From the NCBI RefSeq assembly GCF_054482595.1, contig NZ_CM137008.1: 64,000 bases of DNA; one strand, 5' to 3'. This document shows positions 21,267 to 34,876 of this stretch, piece after piece. The first letter of the stretch is position 1. Every line of letters begins with the position of its first letter. Under the pieces are notes generated by a model. It saw only the letters and a list, made by a program, of their open reading frames with translations, did no database searches and had not been told where the DNA came from. A program made the translations under genes and the position numbers.

Positions 21267-21410
21267 ACGGTAAAGCCCTCACCGAAGCGAGGGCTTGAAG
21301 GAGAAGGGTTATGATGCGACTTGTCATCATACTGATTGTACTGTTACTCATAAGTTTCAGCGCTTATTAACAGTCAGTCACAGGGGAGGAGCAATCCTCC
21401 CTTACCCTTA
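21267..21410 (-). ncRNA. sibC: Sib-like antisense sRNA (probably SibC), copy 2; ends approximate
   Basis: Minus-strand promoter TTGACA-N17-TAATTT (21445..21417); antisense to ibs ORF; 3' hairpin. Confidence 0.55.
21311..21370 (+). CDS. ibsC: Ibs-family type I toxin, 19 aa (MMRLVIILIVLLLISFSAY), matches my recollection of IbsC
   Basis: Short ORF with AGGAG SD; serA-ygfA intergenic location matches the sibC/ibsC locus. Confidence 0.75.
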   Translation: MMRLVIILIVLLLISFSAY

Positions 21411-21416
21411 CTCACT

Positions 21417-21445
21417 AAATTAGGTTAAAGAATCAACGATGTCAA
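21417..21445 (-). promoter_or_regulatory. Sib copy 2 promoter (TTGACA-N17-TAATTT)
   Basis: Identical to copy 1 promoter. Confidence 0.6.
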
Positions 21446-21470
21446 TCAGGGCGATGCAGGTGTGTCGCCC

Positions 21471-22019
21471 TCACCACTCCCAGACTTTCGACGGTGTAAC
21501 CACCGCAGGAAGAGGGATATCCCACTCTTCAACGGGGAGTTTTTCCACCAACTGACAATCATGCGCATAACCCACCGGTTGCATTTTATAGTGCTGCCAG
21601 TTTTGTAAGGTCCGATCGTAAAAACCTCCGCCCATTCCCAGGCGCTGACCGTACTCATCAAAGGCGACCAGCGGTGTGATCAACACGTCTAATCGGGAAA
21701 GGGGTAGCACGTCACGCACATCCAGTTTTGGCTCATGGATCTTCAACCTGTTCATCACCAGTTCACTTTGCGGATGGTAATTCAGGAACAGCAAATTACC
21801 GGCACTAAAGGGATGCAAAACTGGAAGATATACGCGCTTACCGGCGCGCCAGAGTTGTTCTATAAGCGGCTGGGTGTCGAGTTCTCCATCAAAAGAGAGG
21901 AATACAGCGACCGTATGTGCCATCACCACCGGGGGATAAGTCATCATCCGGGTAGCGGCTTGTTGACCCATTTCCTGCTGTTGTTCCGGCGTTAACGTAC
22001 GACGACGTTGCCGAATCAT
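21471..22019 (-). CDS. ygfA: 5-formyltetrahydrofolate cyclo-ligase
   Basis: ORF 21471..22217 trimmed to MIRQRRRTLTPEQQQEMGQQAA (182 aa); ORF-track N-terminal extension would run into 6S RNA. Confidence 0.82.
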   Translation of the reverse strand: MIRQRRRTLTPEQQQEMGQQAATRMMTYPPVVMAHTVAVFLSFDGELDTQPLIEQLWRAGKRVYLPVLHPFSAGNLLFLNYHPQSELVMNRLKIHEPKLDVRDVLPLSRLDVLITPLVAFDEYGQRLGMGGGFYDRTLQNWQHYKMQPVGYAHDCQLVEKLPVEEWDIPLPAVVTPSKVWEW

Positions 22020-22091
22020 TTTGCGGATTTCTTGTCGGGATAATGTCAGTGGGAGTTCTGGTAGTTGCGTCATGGCTGGTGCCAGATAAGA

Positions 22092-22277
22092 AGGGAATCT
22101 CCGAGATGCCGCCGCAGGCTGTAACCCTTGAACCCTTGGTTCAAGGTGAATGTGTCGTCGCAGTTTTAAGGCTTCTCGGACGGACCGAGCATGCTCACCA
22201 ACCGCGGAGCGCCACATTCTTGTGGTATGAAATATCGGCTCAGGGGACTGGCCCGCTTGCGAACATCTCAGAGAAAT
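22092..22277 (-). ncRNA. ssrS: 6S RNA
   Basis: Minus-strand sequence begins ATTTCTCTGAGATGTTCGCAAGCGGGCCAGTCCCCTGAGCC and ends ...CATCTCGGAGATTCCCT, matching recalled 6S RNA; sits between zapA and ygfA. Confidence 0.85.
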
Positions 22278-22318
22278 TTTGTCTTCACGGTTACTCTACC
22301 ACAGTAAACCGAAAAGTG

Positions 22319-22714
<396 letters not shown>

Positions 22715-22815
22715 CTATAGCTACCCTGATGAGAAGAGACAAGCCCTTTTCTGGTCCACCAGGGCCCAAAGTGGTAGCATATCATGAATATTCCTCCCTT
22801 TGACGACGAATGCTT

Positions 22816-23394
22816 ATGTCTATACAGAACGAAATGCCTGGTTACAACGAAATGAACCAGTATCTGAACCAACAAGGGACGGGTCTGACCCCTGCTGAGA
22901 TGCATGGTTTAATCAGTGGGATGATATGTGGCGGTAACGATGACAGCTCATGGCTGCCGCTACTTCACGACCTGACGAACGAAGGCATGGCTTTCGGTCA
23001 TGAGCTGGCACAGGCACTGCGTAAAATGCACTCTGCCACCAGCGATGCCCTGCAGGATGACGGCTTCCTTTTTCAGCTTTATCTGCCTGATGGCGATGAT
23101 GTCAGCGTTTTCGATCGGGCTGATGCACTGGCAGGTTGGGTCAATCACTTCCTGCTTGGTCTTGGCGTTACGCAACCGAAGCTGGACAAAGTGACCGGCG
23201 AAACCGGTGAAGCCATCGACGATCTGCGTAACATCGCGCAGTTGGGCTACGACGAAGACGAAGATCAGGAAGAGCTTGAAATGTCGCTTGAAGAGATCAT
23301 CGAGTACGTCCGTGTTGCCGCGCTGTTATGCCACGACACCTTTACTCATCCGCAACCGACCGCGCCAGAAGTACAAAAACCGACTCTACACTAA
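22816..23394 (+). CDS. ygfB: UPF0149 family protein YgfB
   Basis: ORF 22810..23394 trimmed to [17 protein letters not shown] (192 aa). Confidence 0.85.
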
Positions 23395-23419
23395 AAACAA
23401 AAAACGTAAGGAGAGTGTT

Positions 23420-24745
23420 ATGAGTGAGATATCCCGGCAAGAGTTTCAGCGTCGCCGTCAGGCCCTGGTGGAGCAAATGCAACCCGGCAGCGCCGCGCTG
23501 ATTTTTGCTGCACCAGAAGTAACACGTAGCGCCGACAGCGAATACCCCTATCGTCAGAACAGTGACTTCTGGTACTTCACCGGCTTTAACGAACCGGAAG
23601 CGGTGCTGGTGCTGATTAAAAGCGATGACACTCATAACCACAGCGTTCTGTTTAACCGCGTTCGCGACCTGACGGCGGAGATCTGGTTTGGCCGTCGTTT
23701 AGGTCAGGATGCCGCGCCAGAGAAACTGGGCGTTGACCGCGCACTGGCATTCAGCGAAATTAATCAGCAACTTTATCAACTACTTAATGGTCTGGATGTG
23801 GTTTACCACGCCCAGGGCGAATATGCATATGCTGATGAAATCGTGAACAGCGCGCTTGAGAAACTGCGTAAAGGTTCGCGGCAAAATCTCACCGCGCCGG
23901 CAACGATGATCGACTGGCGTCCCATTGTTCATGAAATGCGCCTGTTCAAATCGCCGGAAGAGATTGCCGTACTTCGCCGCGCGGGTGAAATCACCGCCCT
24001 GGCGCATACCCGGGCGATGGAAAAATGCCGTCCGGGAATGTTCGAGTACCACCTGGAAGGCGAAATTCACCACGAATTTAACCGCCACGGCGCGCGCTAT
24101 CCTTCCTATAACACCATTGTCGGCAGCGGTGAAAACGGCTGCATTCTGCATTACACCGAAAACGAGTGTGAACTGCACGACGGCGATCTGGTGTTGATTG
24201 ACGCGGGTTGCGAATACAAAGGTTACGCTGGCGATATTACCCGCACCTTCCCGGTCAACGGCAAATTCACCCAGGCTCAGCGTGAAATCTACGACATTGT
24301 GCTTGAGTCTCTCGAAACCAGCCTGCGCCTGTATCGTCCGGGAACTTCCATTCAGGAAGTCACCGGTGAAGTGGTGCGCATCATGGTTAGCGGCCTGGTA
24401 AAACTCGGCATCCTGAAAGGTGATGTTGATGAACTGATCGCTCAGAACGCCCATCGTCCTTTCTTTATGCATGGCCTTAGCCACTGGTTAGGACTGGATG
24501 TCCATGACGTTGGCGTTTATGGCCAGGATCGCTCGCGCATTCTGGAACCGGGCATGGTACTGACCGTAGAGCCAGGGCTGTATATTGCGCCGGATGCAGA
24601 AGTGCCAGAACAATATCGCGGTATCGGCATTCGTATTGAAGACGACATTGTGATTACCGAAACCGGTAACGAAAACCTCACCGCCAGCGTGGTGAAAAAG
24701 CCGGAAGAAATCGAAGCGTTGATGGCAGCTGCGAGAAAGCAATGA
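23420..24745 (+). CDS. pepP: Xaa-Pro aminopeptidase (aminopeptidase P II)
   Basis: ORF 23207..24745 trimmed to MSEISRQEFQRRRQALVEQ (441 aa); SD AAGGAGAG upstream. Confidence 0.93.
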   Translation: MSEISRQEFQRRRQALVEQMQPGSAALIFAAPEVTRSADSEYPYRQNSDFWYFTGFNEPEAVLVLIKSDDTHNHSVLFNRVRDLTAEIWFGRRLGQDAAPEKLGVDRALAFSEINQQLYQLLNGLDVVYHAQGEYAYADEIVNSALEKLRKGSRQNLTAPATMIDWRPIVHEMRLFKSPEEIAVLRRAGEITALAHTRAMEKCRPGMFEYHLEGEIHHEFNRHGARYPSYNTIVGSGENGCILHYTENECELHDGDLVLIDAGCEYKGYAGDITRTFPVNGKFTQAQREIYDIVLESLETSLRLYRPGTSIQEVTGEVVRIMVSGLVKLGILKGDVDELIAQNAHRPFFMHGLSHWLGLDVHDVGVYGQDRSRILEPGMVLTVEPGLYIAPDAEVPEQYRGIGIRIEDDIVITETGNENLTASVVKKPEEIEALMAAARKQ

Positions 24746-25920
24746 GCGTAATCATCGTCGGTGGCGGCATGGCGGGCGCGACGCTGGCGCTGGCTATTTC
24801 CCGGTTAAGTCACGGGGCGCTGCCGGTACATTTGATTGAAGCGACCGCGCCAGAGTCACATGCTCATCCGGGCTTTGATGGGCGAGCGATTGCGCTGGCG
24901 GCGGGTACCTGTCAGCAACTGGCGCGCATTGGCGTCTGGCAATCTCTGGCGGATTGCGCAACCGCCATCACTACCGTGCATGTCAGCGATCGTGGTCATG
25001 CCGGATTCGTCACCCTCGCCGCAGAAGATTACCAACTGGCGGCGCTGGGGCAGGTTGTCGAATTGCACAATGTCGGGCAACGGCTGTTTGCATTGCTGCG
25101 CAAAGCACCTGGCGTAACGCTGCATTGCCCGGATCGCGTGGCTAACGTTGCCCGTACTCAGAGTCATGTTGAAGTGACGCTGGAGTGTGGCGAGACGCTG
25201 ACGGGCCGCGTGCTGGTAGCCGCTGATGGCACCCATTCAGCGTTAGCCACTGTGTGCGGCGTTGACTGGCAGCAGGAGCCTTACGAACAACTGGCTGTGA
25301 TTGCCAACGTTGCGACTTCCGTTGCGCATGAAGGGCGCGCTTTTGAACGCTTTACGCAACATGGCCCGCTGGCGATGTTGCCGATGTCTGACGGACGCTG
25401 TTCGCTGGTCTGGTGTCATCCACTGGAACGGCGCGAAGAGGTGCTGTCGTGGAGCGACGAGAAGTTTTGCCGTGAACTCCAGTCGGCCTTTGGCTGGCGA
25501 CTTGGGAAAATTACCCACGCTGGTAAACGCAGTGCTTATCCGCTGGCGTTAACCCACGCCGCCAGATCTATTACCCATCGTACCGTGCTGGTGGGCAATG
25601 CGGCGCAAACCCTGCACCCGATTGCCGGGCAAGGGTTCAACCTCGGTATGCGAGATGTCATGAGTCTTGCGGAAACCCTGACTCAGGCGCAGGAGCGCCG
25701 AGAAGACATGGGTGATTACGGCGTCTTGTGCCGTTATCAGCAGCGTCGACAGAGCGATCGCGAAGCAACCATTGGCGTCACGGACAGCCTTGTACATCTT
25801 TTTGCCAACCGTTGGACGCCGCTGGTTGTCGGGCGCAACATCGGGCTGATGACGATGGAATTATTCACCCCGGCACGCGATGTGCTGGCGCAGCGCACCC
25901 TCGGTTGGGTGGCGCGTTGA
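24742..25920 (+). CDS. ubiH: 2-octaprenyl-6-methoxyphenol hydroxylase (FAD monooxygenase)
   Basis: ORF track 392 aa, MSVIIVGGGMAGATLALAIS; ATGA overlap with pepP stop. Confidence 0.92.
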   Translation: MSVIIVGGGMAGATLALAISRLSHGALPVHLIEATAPESHAHPGFDGRAIALAAGTCQQLARIGVWQSLADCATAITTVHVSDRGHAGFVTLAAEDYQLAALGQVVELHNVGQRLFALLRKAPGVTLHCPDRVANVARTQSHVEVTLECGETLTGRVLVAADGTHSALATVCGVDWQQEPYEQLAVIANVATSVAHEGRAFERFTQHGPLAMLPMSDGRCSLVWCHPLERREEVLSWSDEKFCRELQSAFGWRLGKITHAGKRSAYPLALTHAARSITHRTVLVGNAAQTLHPIAGQGFNLGMRDVMSLAETLTQAQERREDMGDYGVLCRYQQRRQSDREATIGVTDSLVHLFANRWTPLVVGRNIGLMTMELFTPARDVLAQRTLGWVAR

Positions 25921-25942
25921 AGGCGGTTTTAAGGAATAAACA

Positions 25943-27145
25943 ATGCAAAGTGTTGATGTAGCCATTGTTGGCGGCGGCATGGTGGGGCTGGCGGTTGCCT
26001 GCGGCTTACAGGGTAGCGGCTTACGCGTTGCCGTACTGGAGCAGCGCGTACCGGAACCTCTGGCGGCGGATGCTCCACCACAACTGCGCGTTTCGGCTAT
26101 CAATGCCGCCAGCGAAAAATTACTCACCCGTCTTGGTGTCTGGCAGGACATTATCTCCCGTAGAGCCAGTTGCTATCACGGTATGGAAGTGTGGGACAAA
26201 GACAGTTTTGGTCACATTTCGTTTGACGATCAAAGCATGGGCTATAGCCATCTTGGGCATATCGTTGAAAACTCAGTGATTCACTACGCGCTGTGGAACA
26301 AAGCGCATCAGTCGTCAGATATCACTCTGTTGGCCCCCGCAGAATTACAGCAGGTCGCCTGGGGAGAAAACGAAACCTTCCTGACGCTGAAAGATGGCAG
26401 TATGTTAACGGCGCGTCTGGTGATTGGCGCGGACGGCGCTAATTCCTGGTTGCGCAACAAAGCCGATATTCCGCTGACTTTCTGGGATTATCAGCATCAC
26501 GCGCTGGTAGCGACCATACGCACGGAAGAACCGCATGAAGCTGTGGCGCGGCAGGTTTTCCACGGCGAAGGCATTCTGGCCTTTTTGCCGCTTAGCGATC
26601 CGCATCTTTGCTCGATTGTCTGGTCCCTATCGCCAGAGGAAGCGCAGCGGATGCAGCAGGCAGGGGAAGACGAATTTAATCGCGCGTTAAATATCGCTTT
26701 TGATAATCGCCTTGGCTTATGCAAGGTTGAGAGCGAGCGTCAGGTGTTCCCGCTGACGGGGCGTTATGCGCGCCAGTTTGCCGCACACCGTCTGGCGCTG
26801 GTGGGCGACGCCGCGCATACCATTCACCCGCTGGCGGGGCAGGGCGTTAATCTCGGCTTTATGGACGCCGCAGAGCTGATTGCTGAACTGAAACGGTTGC
26901 ATCGTCAGGGTAAAGACATCGGGCAGTACATTTACCTGCGCCGCTATGAACGTAGCCGCAAGCACAGCGCGGCGCTGATGCTGGCTGGTATGCAGGGATT
27001 CCGCGATCTGTTTTCCGGTACCAATCCGGCGAAAAAACTGCTGCGTGATATTGGTTTGAAACTGGCCGACACGCTTCCTGGCGTTAAGCCACAACTTATC
27101 CGTCAGGCAATGGGATTAAACGATTTGCCTGAATGGCTGCGTTAA
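25943..27145 (+). CDS. ubiI: 2-octaprenylphenol hydroxylase (FAD monooxygenase, VisC)
   Basis: ORF track 400 aa, MQSVDVAIVGGGMVGLAVACGL. Confidence 0.92.
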   Translation: MQSVDVAIVGGGMVGLAVACGLQGSGLRVAVLEQRVPEPLAADAPPQLRVSAINAASEKLLTRLGVWQDIISRRASCYHGMEVWDKDSFGHISFDDQSMGYSHLGHIVENSVIHYALWNKAHQSSDITLLAPAELQQVAWGENETFLTLKDGSMLTARLVIGADGANSWLRNKADIPLTFWDYQHHALVATIRTEEPHEAVARQVFHGEGILAFLPLSDPHLCSIVWSLSPEEAQRMQQAGEDEFNRALNIAFDNRLGLCKVESERQVFPLTGRYARQFAAHRLALVGDAAHTIHPLAGQGVNLGFMDAAELIAELKRLHRQGKDIGQYIYLRRYERSRKHSAALMLAGMQGFRDLFSGTNPAKKLLRDIGLKLADTLPGVKPQLIRQAMGLNDLPEWLR

Positions 27146-27592
27146 AAATTTCTCTTCTGCTGTTTATTTGATACGCATCACACTTTCATCTCCCGGTTTT
27201 TTCGCCGGGAGATTTTCCTCATTTGAAATAAACTAATTTCACCTCCGTTTTCGCATTATATTTTCTAATGCCATGATTTTTTGATTTAGTGTTTTTTGAC
27301 ATTTTTTTAGCTCTTAATATTGTCTTATTCAAATTGACTTTCTCATCACATCATCTTTGTATAGAAACTGGTGTGTTTTTTGGTTTTTTATTCTGTCGCG
27401 ATTTTTGCATTTTTTAACCATAAGCTAATGTGATGATCAATTTTACCTTATGGTTAACAGTCTGTTTCGGTGGTAAGTTCAGGCAAAAGAGAACGATTGC
27501 GTTGGGGACCGGGAGTGGCTCCGATGCTGGGTTTTGTGGTGATAATTTCACCATGAAAAAGTTGTCAGCCCCGCTTATTCAATGAGGACAAG
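27146..27592 (+). promoter_or_regulatory. gcvTHP promoter/control region (AT-rich; site of known GcvA/Lrp/CRP/PurR control in E. coli)
   Basis: 447-bp AT-rich intergenic region upstream of gcvT; individual sites not mapped here. Confidence 0.45.
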
Positions 27593-28687
27593 ATGGCACA
27601 ACAGACTCCTTTGTACGAACAACACACGCTTTGCGGCGCTCGCATGGTGGATTTCCACGGCTGGATGATGCCGCTGCATTACGGTTCGCAAATCGACGAA
27701 CATCATGCGGTACGTACCGATGCCGGAATGTTTGATGTGTCGCATATGACCATCGTCGATCTCCGCGGCAGCCGCACCCGGGAGTTTCTGCGTTATCTGC
27801 TGGCGAACGATGTGGCGAAGCTCACCAAAAGCGGCAAAGCCCTTTACTCGGGGATGTTGAATGCCTCTGGCGGTGTGATAGATGACCTCATCGTCTACTA
27901 CTTTACTGAAGATTTCTTCCGCCTCGTTGTTAACTCCGCCACCCGCGAAAAAGACCTCTCCTGGATTACCCAACACGCTGAACCTTTCGGCATCGAAATT
28001 ACCGTTCGTGATGACCTTTCCATGATCGCCGTACAAGGGCCGAATGCGCAGGCTAAAGCTGCCACACTGTTTAATGACGCCCAGCGTCAGGCGGTGGAAG
28101 GGATGAAACCGTTCTTTGGCGTGCAGGCGGGCGATCTGTTTATTGCCACCACTGGTTATACCGGTGAAGCGGGCTACGAAATTGCGCTGCCCAATGAAAA
28201 AGCGGCGGATTTCTGGCGCGCGCTGGTGGAAGCGGGCGTTAAGCCATGCGGCCTGGGCGCGCGTGACACGCTGCGTCTGGAAGCGGGTATGAATCTTTAT
28301 AGTCAGGAGATGGACGAAACCATCTCTCCTTTAGCCGCCAATATGGGCTGGACTATCGCCTGGGAACCGGCAGATCGTGACTTCATCGGTCGTGAAGCCC
28401 TGGAAGTGCAGCGTGAGCATGGTACAGAAAAACTGGTTGGTCTGGTGATGACCGAAAAAGGCGTGCTGCGTAATGAACTGCCGGTACGTTTTACCGATGC
28501 GCAGGGCAACCAGCATGAAGGCATTATCACCAGCGGGACTTTCTCCCCGACGCTGGGTTACAGCATTGCGCTGGCGCGCGTGCCGGAAGGTATTGGTGAA
28601 ACAGCGATTGTGCAAATTCGCAACCGTGAAATGCCGGTTAAAGTGACGAAACCTGTTTTTGTGCGTAACGGCAAAGCCGTCGCGTGA
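27593..28687 (+). CDS. gcvT: glycine cleavage system T protein (aminomethyltransferase)
   Basis: ORF track 364 aa, [24 protein letters not shown]. Confidence 0.95.
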
Positions 28688-28710
28688 TTTACTTTTTTGG
28701 AGATTGATTG

Positions 28711-29100
28711 ATGAGCAACGTACCAGCAGAACTGAAATACAGCAAAGAACACGAATGGCTGCGTAAAGAAGCCGACGGCACTTACACCGTTGGCATCACT
28801 GAACACGCTCAGGAGCTGTTAGGCGATATGGTGTTTGTTGACCTGCCGGAAGTGGGCGCGACGGTTAGCGCGGGCGATGACTGCGCGGTTGCCGAATCGG
28901 TAAAAGCGGCGTCAGACATTTATGCGCCAGTAAGCGGTGAAATCGTGGCGGTAAACGACGTACTGAGCGATTCCCCGGAACTGGTGAACAGCGAACCGTA
29001 TGCAGGCGGCTGGATTTTCAAAATCAAAGCCAGCGATGAAAGCGAACTGGAATCACTGCTGGATGCGACCGCATACGAAGCATTGTTAGAAGACGAGTAA
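28711..29100 (+). CDS. gcvH: glycine cleavage system H protein (lipoyl carrier)
   Basis: ORF 28708..29100 trimmed by one codon to [16 protein letters not shown] (129 aa). Confidence 0.93.
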   Translation: MSNVPAELKYSKEHEWLRKEADGTYTVGITEHAQELLGDMVFVDLPEVGATVSAGDDCAVAESVKAASDIYAPVSGEIVAVNDVLSDSPELVNSEPYAGGWIFKIKASDESELESLLDATAYEALLEDE

Positions 29101-29217
29101 CGGCTTTATTCCTCTTCTGCGGGAGAGGATCAGGGTGAGGAAATTTACGCCTCACCCTCACTCTCTTCGTAAGGAGAGAGGTTCACAATTCACTGCACGT
29201 TTCAGGAACCATCGCTC

Positions 29218-32091
29218 ATGACACAGACGTTAAGCCAGCTTGAAAATAGCGGCGCTTTTATTGAACGCCATATCGGACCGGACGCCGCGCAACAGCAAGA
29301 AATGCTGAATGCCGTTGGCGCACAATCGTTAAACGCGCTGACCGGCCAGATTGTACCGAAAGATATTCAGCTTGCGACCCCGCCGCAGGTTGGCGCACCG
29401 GCGACCGAATACGCCGCGCTGGCGGAACTCAAGGCTATTGCCAGTCGCAATAAACGCTTCACGTCTTACATCGGCATGGGTTACACCGCCGTGCAGTTAC
29501 CGCCGGTTATCCTGCGTAACATGCTGGAAAATCCGGGCTGGTATACCGCGTATACTCCGTATCAACCTGAAGTCTCGCAGGGCCGCCTTGAGGCACTGCT
29601 CAATTTCCAGCAGGTAACGCTGGATTTAACCGGGCTGGATATGGCCTCTGCTTCTCTTCTTGACGAAGCCACCGCTGCCGCCGAAGCAATGGCGATGGCG
29701 AAACGCGTCAGCAAACTGAAAAATGCCAACCGCTTCTTCGTGGCTTCCGATGTGCATCCGCAAACGCTGGATGTGGTCCGTACTCGTGCCGAAACCTTTG
29801 GTTTTGAAGTGATTGTCGATGATGCGCAAAAAGTGCTCGACCATCAGGACGTCTTCGGCGTGCTGTTACAGCAGGTTGGCACTACCGGTGAAATTCACGA
29901 CTACACTGCGCTTATCAGCGAACTGAAATCACGCAAAATTGTGGTCAGCGTTGCCGCTGATATTATGGCGCTGGTGCTGTTAACTGCGCCGGGTAAACAG
30001 GGCGCGGATATTGTTTTTGGTTCGGCGCAACGCTTTGGCGTACCGATGGGTTACGGTGGCCCACACGCGGCATTCTTTGCGGCGAAAGACGAATACAAAC
30101 GCTCAATGCCAGGCCGTATTATCGGTGTATCGAAAGATGCAGCTGGCAATACCGCGCTGCGCATGGCGATGCAGACTCGCGAGCAACATATTCGTCGTGA
30201 GAAAGCGAACTCCAACATTTGTACTTCCCAGGTGCTGCTGGCAAACATCGCCAGCCTGTATGCCGTTTATCACGGCCCGATTGGCCTGAAACGTATCGCT
30301 AACCGCATTCACCGTCTGACCGATATCCTGGCGGCAGGCCTGCAACAAAAAGGTCTGAAGCTGCGCCATGCGCACTATTTCGACACTCTGTGTGTGGAAG
30401 TGGCCGACAAGGCGGGCGTACTGGCGCGTGCCGAAGCGGCTGAAATCAACCTGCGTAGCGATATCCTGAACGCGGTGGGGATCACCCTTGATGAAACCAC
30501 CACGCGCGAAAACGTGATGCAGCTTTTCAGCGTACTATTGGGGGATAATCACGGGCTGGACATCGACACGCTGGACAAAGACGTGGCTCACGACAGCCGC
30601 TCTATCCAGCCTGCGATGCTGCGCGACGACGAAATCCTCACCCATCCGGTGTTTAATCGCTACCACAGCGAAACCGAAATGATGCGCTATATGCACTCGC
30701 TGGAGCGTAAAGATCTGGCGCTGAATCAGGCGATGATCCCGCTGGGTTCCTGCACCATGAAACTGAACGCCGCCGCCGAGATGATCCCAATCACCTGGCC
30801 GGAATTTGCCGAACTGCATCCGTTCTGCCCGCCGGAGCAGGCCGAAGGTTATCAGCAGATGATTGCGCAGCTGGCTGACTGGCTGGTGAAACTGACCGGT
30901 TACGACGCCGTTTGTATGCAGCCGAACTCTGGCGCACAGGGCGAATACGCGGGCCTGTTGGCGATTCGTCATTATCATGAAAGCCGCAACGAAGGGCATC
31001 GCGATATCTGCCTGATCCCGGCTTCTGCGCACGGCACTAACCCTGCTTCTGCACATATGGCAGGAATGCAGGTGGTGGTTGTGGCATGTGATAAAAACGG
31101 CAACATCGATCTGGCTGATCTGCGCGCGAAAGCGGAACAGGCGGGCGATAACCTCTCCTGTATCATGGTGACCTATCCTTCCACCCACGGCGTGTATGAA
31201 GAAACGATCCGTGAAGTGTGTGAAGTCGTGCATCAGTTCGGCGGTCAGGTTTACCTTGATGGCGCGAACATGAACGCCCAGGTTGGCATCACCTCGCCGG
31301 GCTTTATTGGCGCAGACGTTTCACACCTTAACCTGCATAAAACTTTCTGCATTCCGCACGGCGGTGGTGGTCCGGGTATGGGACCGATCGGCGTGAAAGC
31401 GCATCTGGCTCCGTTTGTACCGGGTCATAGCGTGGTGCAAATCGAAGGCATGTTAACCCGTCAGGGCGCGGTTTCTGCGGCACCGTTCGGTAGCGCCTCT
31501 ATCCTGCCAATCAGCTGGATGTACATCCGCATGATGGGCGCAGAAGGGCTGAAAAAAGCAAGCCAGGTGGCAATCCTCAACGCCAACTATATTGCCAGCC
31601 GCCTGCAGGATGCCTTCCCAGTGCTGTATACCGGTCGCGACGGTCGCGTGGCGCACGAATGTATTCTCGATATTCGCCCGCTGAAAGAAGAAACCGGCAT
31701 CAGCGAGCTGGATATTGCCAAGCGCCTGATCGACTACGGTTTCCACGCGCCGACGATGTCGTTCCCGGTGGCGGGTACGCTGATGGTTGAACCGACTGAA
31801 TCTGAAAGCAAAGTGGAACTGGATCGCTTTATCGACGCGATGCTGGCTATCCGCGCAGAAATTGACCAGGTGAAAGCCGGTGTCTGGCCGCTGGAAGATA
31901 ACCCGCTGGTGAACGCGCCGCACATTCAGAGCGAACTGGTCGCCGAGTGGGCGCATCCGTACAGCCGTGAAGTTGCGGTATTCCCGGCAGGCGTGGCAGA
32001 CAAATACTGGCCGACGGTGAAACGTCTGGATGATGTTTACGGCGACCGTAACCTGTTCTGCTCCTGCGTACCGATTAGCGAATACCAGTAA
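29218..32091 (+). CDS. gcvP: glycine dehydrogenase (decarboxylating), glycine cleavage P protein
   Basis: ORF track 957 aa, [22 protein letters not shown]. Confidence 0.95.
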   Translation: MTQTLSQLENSGAFIERHIGPDAAQQQEMLNAVGAQSLNALTGQIVPKDIQLATPPQVGAPATEYAALAELKAIASRNKRFTSYIGMGYTAVQLPPVILRNMLENPGWYTAYTPYQPEVSQGRLEALLNFQQVTLDLTGLDMASASLLDEATAAAEAMAMAKRVSKLKNANRFFVASDVHPQTLDVVRTRAETFGFEVIVDDAQKVLDHQDVFGVLLQQVGTTGEIHDYTALISELKSRKIVVSVAADIMALVLLTAPGKQGADIVFGSAQRFGVPMGYGGPHAAFFAAKDEYKRSMPGRIIGVSKDAAGNTALRMAMQTREQHIRREKANSNICTSQVLLANIASLYAVYHGPIGLKRIANRIHRLTDILAAGLQQKGLKLRHAHYFDTLCVEVADKAGVLARAEAAEINLRSDILNAVGITLDETTTRENVMQLFSVLLGDNHGLDIDTLDKDVAHDSRSIQPAMLRDDEILTHPVFNRYHSETEMMRYMHSLERKDLALNQAMIPLGSCTMKLNAAAEMIPITWPEFAELHPFCPPEQAEGYQQMIAQLADWLVKLTGYDAVCMQPNSGAQGEYAGLLAIRHYHESRNEGHRDICLIPASAHGTNPASAHMAGMQVVVVACDKNGNIDLADLRAKAEQAGDNLSCIMVTYPSTHGVYEETIREVCEVVHQFGGQVYLDGANMNAQVGITSPGFIGADVSHLNLHKTFCIPHGGGGPGMGPIGVKAHLAPFVPGHSVVQIEGMLTRQGAVSAAPFGSASILPISWMYIRMMGAEGLKKASQVAILNANYIASRLQDAFPVLYTGRDGRVAHECILDIRPLKEETGISELDIAKRLIDYGFHAPTMSFPVAGTLMVEPTESESKVELDRFIDAMLAIRAEIDQVKAGVWPLEDNPLVNAPHIQSELVAEWAHPYSREVAVFPAGVADKYWPTVKRLDDVYGDRNLFCSCVPISEYQ

Positions 32092-32116
32092 TTCACTGAT
32101 TCGACTATCTTCTAAA

Positions 32117-32135
32117 GGCGCTTCGGCGCCTTTTT
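32117..32135 (+). terminator. gcvP intrinsic terminator (ggcgc-ttcg-gcgcc + T5), A-run upstream so possibly bidirectional
   Basis: aaaggcgcttcggcgccttttt. Confidence 0.7.
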
Positions 32136-32216
32136 AGCTTGTTAATAAAGTGCGCTTTGTGTGTTTCGGCTGAGGCGTAATATAAAATCTTGCGAGCTCA
32201 ATATATTAAAAGAGTG

Positions 32217-32250
32217 CCAGGCCTGATGAGCGTATCGCATCAGGCACATC
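32217..32250. repeat. REP-like palindrome (gcctgatgagcgtatcgcatcaggc) downstream of bglA
   Basis: GCCTGATG...CATCAGGC arms. Confidence 0.5.
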
Positions 32251-32256
32251 GGCTAA

Positions 32257-33717
<1,461 letters not shown>

Positions 33718-33734
33718 TTACAGGAAATAGTACC

Positions 33735-34046
33735 ATGCAGCCAAACGACATCACTTTTTTTCAACGTTTCCAGGATGACATTCTGGCTGGGCGTAAAACC
33801 ATCACCATCCGCGACGAGTCTGAATCGCACTTCAAAACGGGTGATGTGCTTCGTGTCGGGCGTTTTGAAGATGACGGTTATTTTTGCACGATTGAAGTCA
33901 CCGCAACCTCAACCGTAACGCTGGATACGCTGACGGAAAAACATGCAGAGCAGGAAAATATGACCCTGACTGAACTGAAAAAGGTCATTGCCGACATCTA
34001 TCCCGGTCAGACACAGTTTTATGTGATTGAATTTAAATGTCTTTAA
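33735..34046 (+). CDS. yqfB: ASCH-domain protein YqfB (N4-acetylcytidine amidohydrolase)
   Basis: ORF track 103 aa, [28 protein letters not shown]. Confidence 0.88.
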   Translation: MQPNDITFFQRFQDDILAGRKTITIRDESESHFKTGDVLRVGRFEDDGYFCTIEVTATSTVTLDTLTEKHAEQENMTLTELKKVIADIYPGQTQFYVIEFKCL

Positions 34047-34206
34047 ATTGAACTCACGCCTGTTAGTTGAAATTTCGCATTTAATTTCATGATTTTTAGG
34101 AGATTAGTCTCAAATCAGAATTTATTTTAGCTAACAGGTGTTCACTGGAACTATTCTCAGTTACGCTGGAGAGGTATACATGTGCGTGTACGTTTCTCCG
34201 GAGTAA

Positions 34207-34869
<663 letters not shown>

Positions 34870-34876
34870 TGGGTAT

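Noticed and set aside
21471-22217. ORF-track 248-aa version of ygfA extending upstream
   Set aside because: The N-terminal 66 codons would run through the 6S RNA gene (ssrS, 22092-22277). Start moved to the internal Met MIRQRRR, giving the expected 182 aa.
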